From Methanosarcinales archaeon (GTDB taxonomy: Archaea > Halobacteriota > Methanosarcinia > Methanosarcinales > Methanogasteraceae), in assembly GCA_030605805.1 (NCBI GenBank), contig JAUWHQ010000049.1:6863-30862 (forward strand): a stretch of 24,000 nt of DNA. The letters are read 5' to 3'. Each line of letters starts with the position of its first letter. Within the stretch, counting starts at the first letter, position 1. Positions 1 through 7,301 of the stretch are shown one piece after another. Both the position numbers and the translations under genes were made by a program. Under the pieces are notes generated by a model. The model did no database searches and was not told the origin of the DNA. It worked only from the letters and a program-made list of their open reading frames with translations.

Positions 1-1
1 T

Positions 2-163
2 CCTATTGCGGATAGGTTCAGGGCGCTTGGAACGACCATCTTTGAGAATGGGAGCGGTGTAACCCCGCAACCACTCTCGAAGGAGAAGCTGGCTGAGCTC
101 GCACGAAGGATACGGGAGAAGACGCGGGAAGCTGCGGATAAAGATGGAGGCACCGCGGTATAG
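2..163 (+). CDS. 3' end of an upstream gene entering the window; product not recognisable
   Basis: This is the only frame open from position 2. It reads PIADRFRALGTTIFENGSGVTPQPLSKEKLAELARRIREKTREAADKDGGTAV and stops at TAG 161-163. A hairpin and a promoter-like spacer follow. Confidence 0.35.
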   Translation, partial: PIADRFRALGTTIFENGSGVTPQPLSKEKLAELARRIREKTREAADKDGGTAV

Positions 164-176
164 CGATCGGAATGTA

Positions 177-212
177 TGCATGAGCAGGGAATTTTATGAA
201 GGCTCATGCATG
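177..212 (+). terminator. Perfect 10-bp inverted repeat hairpin after the upstream gene; possible terminator or regulatory hairpin
   Basis: ATGCATGAGC (177-186) pairs with GCTCATGCAT (203-212) across a 16-nt loop. T-rich ggTCTTCTGTTTGTATT follows. Archaeal terminators are mainly oligo-T, so the role of the hairpin is uncertain. Confidence 0.4.
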
Positions 213-235
213 GTCTTCTGTTTGTATTATGGTAT

Positions 236-346
236 TGACCAGAAGTTTTAAGTACTGAATTGGATACCTATAATTCGTACGCGTGATGTGACATGTATTG
301 CGCGTCTGACCCTACAAGAATAAAACCGTAAGGAGGTAATTACACA
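236..346 (+). promoter_or_regulatory. Leader cassette copy A: BRE/TATA-like box, conserved hairpin/palindrome, Shine-Dalgarno site
   Basis: tgaccAGAAGTTTTAAGTActgaat (TATA-like, 243-254) is followed by cTATAATTcg. The hairpin arms ACGCGTG/TGCGCGT (279-305) enclose ATGTGACAT (286-294). AGGAGG lies at 331-336, 10 nt before ATG 347. The same block recurs at 8151-8266 and 12403-12511. Confidence 0.6.
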
Positions 347-1612
347 ATGAGAATTGATAGAATATTGGCTGGAATAGCCATGGGTTTGCTGCTGCTGGCG
401 TCGCCGGCATCCGCATCAGACTACACGCTCGAGATCTTCGGAAACGCAAACGAGGACGACACGATCAACATGCAGGATGTGACCTACACCGAACTGATCA
501 TCCTCGAATACAGAGACAGAACAGAACTGTCGGACGCCAAGTACGACGACAAGATCAACATGCAGGACGTGACGCAGATCGAGCTTGTCATTCTCGGGAA
601 GGAGAAGGAGATAACGCTCATAGATACGGCTGAAAAGATCGTGACTGTGAATAAACCACTGACAAGAATCATTCCCACCTATCCGCAAGCCATTGAGACG
701 TTGCGGTCGCTCAAGGTGCCGAAGGATACCATAGTCGGGATAGGTACATGGCCCACCCCTCTGGATCCGGTCTTCTTCGGAGAGTTCAGTGATACGCCAT
801 GCATCGGAACCGGATGGAATCCCGATGTGGAGGTGATACTGGAACTGGATCCGGATGCTGTCATCCTCTTCGGGATCGGGCGTGTCGATCTTGATCCGGT
901 CCAGGATGTGCTGGAAGTGGCAGGAATAACGGTGCTTCGTTTCAATCTCCAGACGCTGGACATTCATCGAACCGAAGTGGAGAAGCTTGGATATGTCTTT
1001 GGAAAGCGGGACGAAGCTGAAGAGTACCTTGGCTGGCGTGCAGACATTCTGGATTCGATCGAAGAGAGTGTTGCGGGACTCTCCGAAGACGATAAACCGG
1101 ATGTATACTTTATGCCCTCTTTCAAGGACGGTCTTTACTACATCTATGGGCAGTATGCCTACATCGATATGGCGGGCGGCAGGGACGTCTTTGCCGATCA
1201 GCCCGGAAACTACATGTTTGTGGATCCTGAAGAGGTGATAACGCGAAACCCTGATATCATAGTCAGGGTGGCATCATGGGATGCTGGTGGTTATGGTGTT
1301 GCTGCGGGCGAGACCGCAGAGTTTGAAGCGATGAGAGATGAGATCATGAGCCAGCCCGAACTGGAGAATGTCAGGGCTGTGGATGATGGGGAAGTGTACA
1401 TAATCGCTGATCACTTTGTATCGTTCTTCGCAGCCAGCGGATGCAGACAGTTCGTCCAGATAGCGTATCAGGCGAAGTGGTTCCATCCCGAACTCTTCGA
1501 GGATCTGGATCCGGAGGCGATCCACCAGGAGTATCTGACCGAATATCAGGGACTGGACTATGACCTGAGTGAGAACGGCGTATTCGTGTATCCGCCGCTC
1601 GCGGAGAGTTGA
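347..1612 (+). CDS. Secreted ABC-importer substrate-binding protein (Peripla_BP_2 / FhuD-BtuF-like, metal-chelate type) with N-terminal dockerin-like module
   Basis: The signal peptide MRIDRILAGIAMGLLLLASPASA|SDY has no lipobox Cys. A duplicated EF-hand-like dockerin follows. The body shows typical class-III binding-protein blocks (RIIP..P.AIETLRSL...IVGI, LDPDAVILFG, AGITVL) and has no C-terminal TM segment. The SD site is strong. Confidence 0.85.
   Translation: MRIDRILAGIAMGLLLLASPASASDYTLEIFGNANEDDTINMQDVTYTELIILEYRDRTELSDAKYDDKINMQDVTQIELVILGKEKEITLIDTAEKIVTVNKPLTRIIPTYPQAIETLRSLKVPKDTIVGIGTWPTPLDPVFFGEFSDTPCIGTGWNPDVEVILELDPDAVILFGIGRVDLDPVQDVLEVAGITVLRFNLQTLDIHRTEVEKLGYVFGKRDEAEEYLGWRADILDSIEESVAGLSEDDKPDVYFMPSFKDGLYYIYGQYAYIDMAGGRDVFADQPGNYMFVDPEEVITRNPDIIVRVASWDAGGYGVAAGETAEFEAMRDEIMSQPELENVRAVDDGEVYIIADHFVSFFAASGCRQFVQIAYQAKWFHPELFEDLDPEAIHQEYLTEYQGLDYDLSENGVFVYPPLAES
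416..610 (+). other. Dockerin-like module (class A) of the first binding protein
   Basis: SDYTLEIFGNANEDDTINMQDVTYTELIILEYRDRTELSDAKYDDKINMQDVTQIELVILGKEKE contains two Ca-loop-plus-helix segments (N.N.DD.IN..D.....L.IL), as in type-I dockerins. Confidence 0.7.
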
Positions 1613-1641
1613 TTGGAACAAATAGAAAGGAAATGATAAAT

Positions 1642-2934
1642 ATGAGAGCAAGTATACGGGTTGGAATAACTATGACTTTGCTGCTGCTGGTGCTCCCAGC
1701 CGCGGCATCAGACTACACGCTTGGCGTCTTCGGCAATGCGAACGAGGACGACACAGTAAACATGCAGGATGTGACGTACACCGAACTGATCATCCTCGAA
1801 TACAGAGATAGAACTGAGCTTGCAGACGCCAAGTACGACGACAAGATCAACATGCAGGATGTGACGCAGATCGAGCTTGTCATTCTTGGAAAAGAGAAGG
1901 AGCTCACATTCGTGGACGGCTTCGGTGAAGCGATGACTGTCGAAAAGCCAGTGGAACGTATTGTCAGCGTATGGTGCACCAATAATGAACTGTTGAAGGT
2001 GCTTGACGCAACCGACAAGATCGTTGGCATAGACGCCGGCATGACCGGGAAGAGTACAACCCTCTTCCCAGAGATCAGTGCTCTGCCGGATTGCGGAGGC
2101 TGGCATGCACCAAATTTCGAGGCGATACTGAGCCAGCATCCTGACATGTACATCCCGTGGCTCATCACAACGGATGATCCAGAGTCCAGCTATGGCATCA
2201 TACGCAAGAGATTCCTGGAGGAGAAACTCGTAAGTGTTCCGGTTCTCTGCATCGACAATAGCGAATACCGCACAGGAGAGTACTTTGTGGAAGAACTGGA
2301 ACGGCTTGGATACATCCTTGATAGGCGAGACGAGTCTGAAGAGTTCACCGAGTTCTATAAAGAGTGCACGGATCAGGTCGCAGAGCAGACAGAGGGACTG
2401 ACCGATGATGAGAAGCCGAGGGTGTGGATCACATCGCTCTTCTTCTCAGGTGGCGAGGTGACAGGTTCGCCTTACGCTTACTCCATCTTTGACCCGGTCG
2501 ATCTCGCAGGTGCAAGAAACATAGCCGAGGGTCTGCCCGGGGGTATGAGGGTGGATCTTGAATGGGTGATTGAGCAGAATCCTGAGTACATATTCATACA
2601 GATATGGGCTGCCGGGAACAGAAAATCGCCTTATGCGCCAGATTACTCGATATCAACGGTAGAAGAACAGGTGAACACAGTCCTGAACTGTCCTGAACTC
2701 GCAAATGTGGATGCTGTGAAGAACGAGAGGGTCTACGTTGTGCAGTATTCACATTTCAGTAAAGGGACATCCCGGTGTTTATGCGTTGCCTACCTGGCAA
2801 AACTGCTCCACCCGGAACTATTCGAGGAGATGGATCCACAGGCGATGCATCAGGAGTATGTAGACCGATTCCTGGGCATGGATGTCAGCGTTGAGAGTGG
2901 TAATTTCCTGTATCCAGCGTTGGAGGAGAGTTGA
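1642..2934 (+). CDS. Second secreted ABC-importer substrate-binding protein (Peripla_BP_2-like) with the same N-terminal dockerin-like module
   Basis: The ORF opens at 1609, but ATG 1642 matches the paralog starts (MRASIRVGITMTLLLLVLPAAA|SDYTLGVFGNANEDD...) and the SD spacing. The dockerin at 1708-1902 is about 89% nucleotide-identical to 416-610 (about 21 mismatches in 195 nt by hand alignment). The binding domain is strongly diverged from gene 1. The C-terminal block LHPELFEEMDPQAMHQEY is shared. Confidence 0.85.
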   Translation: MRASIRVGITMTLLLLVLPAAASDYTLGVFGNANEDDTVNMQDVTYTELIILEYRDRTELADAKYDDKINMQDVTQIELVILGKEKELTFVDGFGEAMTVEKPVERIVSVWCTNNELLKVLDATDKIVGIDAGMTGKSTTLFPEISALPDCGGWHAPNFEAILSQHPDMYIPWLITTDDPESSYGIIRKRFLEEKLVSVPVLCIDNSEYRTGEYFVEELERLGYILDRRDESEEFTEFYKECTDQVAEQTEGLTDDEKPRVWITSLFFSGGEVTGSPYAYSIFDPVDLAGARNIAEGLPGGMRVDLEWVIEQNPEYIFIQIWAAGNRKSPYAPDYSISTVEEQVNTVLNCPELANVDAVKNERVYVVQYSHFSKGTSRCLCVAYLAKLLHPELFEEMDPQAMHQEYVDRFLGMDVSVESGNFLYPALEES

Positions 2935-2964
2935 TGGGAATAAAACCCTAAAGAGGTAATATAC

Positions 2965-3452
2965 ATGAGACTAACTACAATAGTGGTTGGAATAACCATG
3001 TCGTTGCTGCTGCTCGCACTGCCAGCAGCAGCGTCAGACTACACACCATACTTCTGGTCTGCATCCCGTTACTGTTATGGAAATCGTGGGACCTCAATGT
3101 GATGGGTGTAGGAGAGGAGACTGCAAAGAGCCTTGGTGTAAATGTCGAGCGGACCCGAATCGGTGGGATGATGCTTGCATCGTTCATCACCGCAGTTATT
3201 ATATGTTTCACCGGAATGATCGGGTTTATAGGTCTGGTTGCTCCGCATATCACCCGTATGTGCATCGGTGGAGATAACAGATTTGTACTCCCGGCTTCGG
3301 CACTCTTCGGGGCTGCTTTTCTGGTTGCAGTGGGTATCATCGCAAGAGAAGTCGTAGCACCGGTGATCATCCCCGTGGGGATCATCACATCCTTCGTGGG
3401 AGGTCCTCTCTTCCTTTATCTCATAATACGAAAGAAGAAGGAGTACTGGTGA
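2965..3452 (+). pseudogene. Chimeric remnant: leader, signal peptide and first 4 dockerin codons fused out of frame to the last quarter or so of a FecCD-type permease
   Basis: 2965-3044 encodes MRLTTIVVGITMSLLLLALPAAASDYT, preceded by AGAGG. From 3045 a different frame reads TILLVCIPLLLWKSWDLNVMGVGEETAKSLGVNVERTR...GGPLFLYLIIRKKKEYW, colinear with the C-terminus of 8847-10220. The 45-codon leader ORF stops at 3100-3102, overlapping the GTG/ATG of ORF 3099-3452. Confidence 0.8.
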
Positions 3453-3454
3453 AG

Positions 3455-3690
3455 ATGAAACCGGATATACATGACATAGACTGGAATGGTATGTGGAAGG
3501 ACGCGATAGGGGAGTCGAACTGGAAGCAGAAAGCCGGGATGCCTGAGTTTCAGGGACTGGACGGGTTGACTGGTTCGAGGAACTGGTCCGGCAGAGTGAC
3601 CGTGCAGGGATGATCATGAACCGGATCGAGGTGAAACCGGACTACACGGTTCTTGACATCGGTGCAGGTCCGGGCACGGTTACAATTCGT
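3455..3690 (+). pseudogene. Degraded 5' fragment of a class I SAM methyltransferase, paralog of 5206-6030
   Basis: MKPDIHDIDWNGMWKDAIGESNWKQK... runs to a stop at 3611-3613. A second frame then reads MNRIEVKPDYTVLDIGAGPGTVTI (SAM motif I), after which similarity ends. Compare MIEEIDWNKMWMDATENASWRKR...CTVLDIGAGPGTLTI in the intact gene. Confidence 0.75.
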
Positions 3691-3745
3691 GACCGCTTCC
3701 GATTCACTTATTATGACGGATATGACTCAAAAAGGAGGAAGAACA

Positions 3746-4174
3746 ATGGAAATGAGTAAAGAGATACAGGATATGATAAACGAGAACGTGGTCCATCTGG
3801 CAACCACATCCGGAGATGGCGTACCGAATGTGGTTCCTGTGGGCGGCATACGTGCGATAAGTGACAGCGAGCTCTTGATCGTGGATGTCTTGTTTGACAA
3901 GACGAAGAAGAACCTGATCGAGAACCCGCGTGTTGCAATCGCTATTGAGGTGCTCGGAAAGGGAGCGCCGCGTGGATACCAGCTCAAAGGGCGGGCAACG
4001 ATTCACACGAGCGGTAAGCTCTTCGATGCGGCAGAGAAGATGGTGGAGAGGATGGCAGAGGAGATGCGAAAGAGAGGCTCCGGTCACCATCCGAGCCTGA
4101 CTGTGAAATCCGCGGTTCACGTGGACGTGGAAGCGATATACTCTACGGTCCGCCAGAAGAAGGAGGAGAACTGA
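3746..4174 (+). CDS. Pyridoxamine-5'-phosphate-oxidase-like (split-barrel FMN-binding) protein
   Basis: The ORF opens at 3653, but its first 31 codons derive from the methyltransferase remnant. AGGAGG lies 7 nt before ATG 3746. VVHLATTSGDGVPNVVPVGGIRAISDSELLIVDVLFDKTKKNLIENPRVAIAI is the typical PNPOx-family N-terminal pattern. Confidence 0.7.
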   Translation: MEMSKEIQDMINENVVHLATTSGDGVPNVVPVGGIRAISDSELLIVDVLFDKTKKNLIENPRVAIAIEVLGKGAPRGYQLKGRATIHTSGKLFDAAEKMVERMAEEMRKRGSGHHPSLTVKSAVHVDVEAIYSTVRQKKEEN

Positions 4175-4175
4175 T

Positions 4176-5201
4176 ATGCGAGTCATGGACACGATCCCGG
4201 AGATCGGTTCGGAACCGCTGGACCGGATGACGAAAGGCTGCGAAGCATCGAATATACTGCGAACAGCCATTGATTTTGACCTCTTCGATCTGCTCGAGGA
4301 GTCAAAGACCGCGGAGCAGGTATCATCAGAGACCGGAACCGTTGCATCATTTACAGAGAAGTTTTTAAATGCGCTCTGTACGATAGACCTCCTCTCAAAA
4401 CGTGATGGGAAGTATGCGAACACAAAGCTTGCTTCAACCTTCCTTGTGAAGAAGAGCCCGTTTTACCAGGGAAATATGATCAGACTTTTCAAAAACAGCT
4501 CTCTCAACTGGTCAAGACTGGGTTCGGCAATGAAAGGAGATCTGCCAGATGAGACCGGTGAAAGACCTGAAAGGGTCTTTGATTCCGGTTTTATTCTGGC
4601 GATGGCTGAGGGTTCAATGCGGGGAAGCCTTCATCAAACCGTAAAAGAAGTGTCGGCTCTTCCCGAATTTAAGAGAGCAAGAACGCTTCTTGATCTTGGC
4701 GGCGGGCACGGGCTCTATGCGATAGCGTTTGCTGAGACGAATCCGGAACTTGATGCCACGGTCTTTGATCTGCCGCCTGTAACAGAGGTCACACAAGAGT
4801 TCATCGGAAGGTACGGCATGGACGAGAGGGTCAGTGTCATCGGAGGGGACTTTGCCATGGATGAGATCGGACAGGGATATGACATCGTCTTTGCGTCCGA
4901 CGTCTTCTACCGGAAGCCGGATGCGCTTTCGGGTATTTTTGAGAAGATACACGGTGCGCTGAATGATGGCGGTTCAATCATGCTCAAGCACTGGGTCTTG
5001 AACGATGACCGGACCGCCCCACCCACATCGGTTCTCTTCGATCTGATGCTCTCCCTGCGAGGGGGGAATTGGCATCACATCTATACCGAGGTTGAGTATA
5101 TCGAGCTACTCAAAGGTGCGAGGTTTTCAGATATTCGCGTTCTGGACGTATCATCCCAGGTAAGCCCGTCTGTTGTCATCGTCGGAAATAAAGAGGCATG
5201 A
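4176..5201 (+). CDS. SAM-dependent O-methyltransferase (family 2 type, with N-terminal dimerisation/wHTH-like region)
   Basis: LLDLGGGHGLYAIAFAETNPELDATVFDLPPVTE...RVSVIGGDFAMDEIGQGYDIVFASDVFY matches the Methyltransf_2 pattern (DvGGG.G, FDLP.V, GDFF). AAGGAGGAG lies upstream of the ATG. Confidence 0.8.
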   Translation: MRVMDTIPEIGSEPLDRMTKGCEASNILRTAIDFDLFDLLEESKTAEQVSSETGTVASFTEKFLNALCTIDLLSKRDGKYANTKLASTFLVKKSPFYQGNMIRLFKNSSLNWSRLGSAMKGDLPDETGERPERVFDSGFILAMAEGSMRGSLHQTVKEVSALPEFKRARTLLDLGGGHGLYAIAFAETNPELDATVFDLPPVTEVTQEFIGRYGMDERVSVIGGDFAMDEIGQGYDIVFASDVFYRKPDALSGIFEKIHGALNDGGSIMLKHWVLNDDRTAPPTSVLFDLMLSLRGGNWHHIYTEVEYIELLKGARFSDIRVLDVSSQVSPSVVIVGNKEA

Positions 5202-5205
5202 GATC

Positions 5206-6030
5206 ATGATCGAAGAGATAGACTGGAATAAGATGTGGATGGATGCGACTGAGAATGCCTCGTGGAGAAAGCGACGTGGGAATATGACAGAGTTCTGGAA
5301 TAAGAGATCCCGGCGGTATAGCGAGTCACTGAAGCACAATGATCGCTCTATGCAGATAATATCAAAATTGGATATTGATCCGGAGTGCACCGTACTTGAT
5401 ATCGGTGCAGGACCGGGTACGCTCACAATTCCACTCGCAAGAATCGTTAAACACGTAACGGTCGTGGAACCATCGATCGGAATGCTCGCCTGTCTGAAAG
5501 AGAATACGGCAGATGAGGGACTTACGAACATAACCTGCATAAACCGGAAATGGGAGGATGCCGTGCCCGGTGTGGATTTTGATGAGCACGACATTGTGAT
5601 AGCATCCTATTCGCTTGCGATGCTCGATATGAAAGCGGCACTATCGAAGATGAATGAGGTTGCAAGACGATCTGTTTACCTGTTCACCTTTGCAGGAGGT
5701 CGTGCATGGGATTATAACGAACTCTGGCCCAGATTGTATGACGAGGAGTATCGAGCAGCGCCCGATTACATCTATCTCTACAACATCCTCCACGGGATGG
5801 GTATCCACGCTGATGTTGAGATCAGAGAGACCGAGTACAAAGAGCGTTTCTCAAGCATGGACGAAGCGGTGGAGCAATGGATGGAGAACCTTGATTCCAC
5901 AACTTCGGGGGCAGAGGAAGTGATCAGATCGCACCTATCAGAGAATCTGGTTAAGGAAAACGGGGCATTCTGGTCGAAACATGAAATGAAGGGCGCTATG
6001 ATACACTGGAGGAATGACAATGGGAATTGA
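5206..6030 (+). CDS. Class I SAM-dependent methyltransferase
   Basis: The ORF opens at 5173. ATG 5206 fits both the SD (AAGAGG) and the paralog fragment start. Motif I is VLDIGAGPGTLT, followed by VVEPS and DIVIASYSL. Confidence 0.8.
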   Translation: MIEEIDWNKMWMDATENASWRKRRGNMTEFWNKRSRRYSESLKHNDRSMQIISKLDIDPECTVLDIGAGPGTLTIPLARIVKHVTVVEPSIGMLACLKENTADEGLTNITCINRKWEDAVPGVDFDEHDIVIASYSLAMLDMKAALSKMNEVARRSVYLFTFAGGRAWDYNELWPRLYDEEYRAAPDYIYLYNILHGMGIHADVEIRETEYKERFSSMDEAVEQWMENLDSTTSGAEEVIRSHLSENLVKENGAFWSKHEMKGAMIHWRNDNGN

Positions 6031-6394
6031 GATAAGAACGATCGACGAAGCCGAAGGTCTTGAGACTTCGGAAGGTGTGATGAAGCCACTCTTATTCGGC
6101 GAGAATCTGGCGGTTATGCATCTTCTGATTCCGGCGGGTCTTGAGGTCTCACCTCATGCGCACCCGGGAGAAGGCGTTCTGTACTGTCTGAGCGGCGAGC
6201 TGGATGTTGTATCGGGAGGCGAAACTGTGACGATTTCCAGTGGAACTGCGATGCTGGTTCCGCCCGGCACAGAGGTTGGCATCAAGAACCAGAAGGATGC
6301 AGCCGTGAATGCGCTGCTGATCTCATCTCCGCCAACTGTGAGATCGGTTGAGGAACTCACAAATCTTATAACCAGTCACAAAGAAGGTAAATAA
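6014..6394 (+). CDS. Cupin-domain protein
   Basis: The two-motif cupin pattern is present (H.HPGEGVLYCLSGE...G.....G....P.G......N). GGAGG at 6008-6012 favours ATG 6020 as the true start over 6014. Confidence 0.7.
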   Translation: MTMGIEIRTIDEAEGLETSEGVMKPLLFGENLAVMHLLIPAGLEVSPHAHPGEGVLYCLSGELDVVSGGETVTISSGTAMLVPPGTEVGIKNQKDAAVNALLISSPPTVRSVEELTNLITSHKEGK

Positions 6395-6396
6395 CG

Positions 6397-6525
6397 ATGT
6401 GTAGGCACGAAGAATGCTTGAACGATCATGGACACGATCCTGAGAAGTGTACGTCAGAGCAGATACGAAAGTGCCACGGCGACGCCGGGACGCACCCATG
6501 CAACTGCGAATGTGATTGTAGATGA
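6397..6525 (+). CDS. Unlisted 42-aa Cys/His-rich small protein; candidate metal-binding peptide
   Basis: It reads MCRHEECLNDHGHDPEKCTSEQIRKCHGDAGTHPCNCECDCR, with 8 Cys and 5 His. It starts 2 nt after the cupin stop, and its stop overlaps the ATG of the ABC ATPase (ATGA at 6522-6525), exactly filling the intergenic gap. It falls below the ORF-track length cutoff. Confidence 0.55.
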   Translation: MCRHEECLNDHGHDPEKCTSEQIRKCHGDAGTHPCNCECDCR

Positions 6526-7301
6526 TCGAAGTTGTTAACCTCACCAAGAGATTCAGGGACTTCACAGCCGTGGATCGCATAAGCTTTGAGGTATCTGCAG
6601 GCGAGATATTCGGGTTTCTCGGTCCGAACGGTGCTGGAAAGACGACTGCGATCATGATGCTCACAACCCTACTGCGCCCGAGCGGTGGCAGGGCTACGGT
6701 CTGCGGACTCGATGTCTCAAGAGAACAGGGAAAGATCAGGCGGAAGATCGGCGTGGTCTTTCAGGACCATACCAGCGATGACTGGCTGACTGGAAGGGAG
6801 TATCTAAAGCTTCATGCCGGGATATATGATGTCAGCATGGACCGGGTCAATGATCTCCTCAGACTCTTTGACCTGAAGAAGTGGGAAACTTCGGTCATAA
6901 AGGAGTACTCGAGCGGGATGCGGCGGAGGCTGGAGATCGCACGGGGGCTGATCCACTATCCGGAGGTTCTATTCCTCGATGAGCCGACACTGGGGCTCGA
7001 CGTCCAGACAAGGCAGAGGATCTGGGACCACATCGAGTCGCTCAGAAGAGATGATGGGCTCACCGTCTTTCTGACCACCCATTACATGGATGAGGCTGAT
7101 AAAGTCTGCGACAGGATCGCGATCATCGACCATGGGCAGATCGTTGCAATCGGCACACCTGAGGAGTTGAAATCGGTCGTGGAGGGGGCTCGCACAACGC
7201 TGGACGAGGTCTTTCTCCATTATACAGGCAGAGATACGCGAGACCGGATATCTGCAACCGGATTCAATCACCCGATGGGTTTCGGGAGGCTGCACCGGTG
7301 A
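6522..7301 (+). CDS. ABC transporter ATP-binding protein (ABC-2 / DrrA-NatA-like exporter type)
   Basis: Walker A is GPNGAGKTT, the signature is YSSGMRRRLE, Walker B is VLFLDEPTLGLD, and the H-loop is TTHYMDEA. Confidence 0.9.
   Translation: MIEVVNLTKRFRDFTAVDRISFEVSAGEIFGFLGPNGAGKTTAIMMLTTLLRPSGGRATVCGLDVSREQGKIRRKIGVVFQDHTSDDWLTGREYLKLHAGIYDVSMDRVNDLLRLFDLKKWETSVIKEYSSGMRRRLEIARGLIHYPEVLFLDEPTLGLDVQTRQRIWDHIESLRRDDGLTVFLTTHYMDEADKVCDRIAIIDHGQIVAIGTPEELKSVVEGARTTLDEVFLHYTGRDTRDRISATGFNHPMGFGRLHR

Noticed and set aside
255-346. Riboswitch (for example cobalamin) in the conserved 5' leader of the importer genes
   Set aside because: The leader is only about 70-90 nt and shows a single short hairpin. 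I cannot find the multi-helix core or B12-box-like consensus, so I can only support a hairpin or operator.
416-2168. Long minus-strand ORFs opposite the two binding-protein genes (416-967, 679-963, 1274-1651, 1708-2139, 1713-2168)
   Set aside because: The plus-strand frames carry clear signal peptides, dockerin and binding-protein motifs plus SD sites. The antisense translations have no recognisable features.
3653-3745. Extended N-terminus of the PNPOx-like ORF starting at 3653
   Set aside because: These 31 codons overlap the truncated methyltransferase remnant and precede a strong AGGAGG-N7-ATG at 3746. The conserved PNPOx fold begins after 3746.
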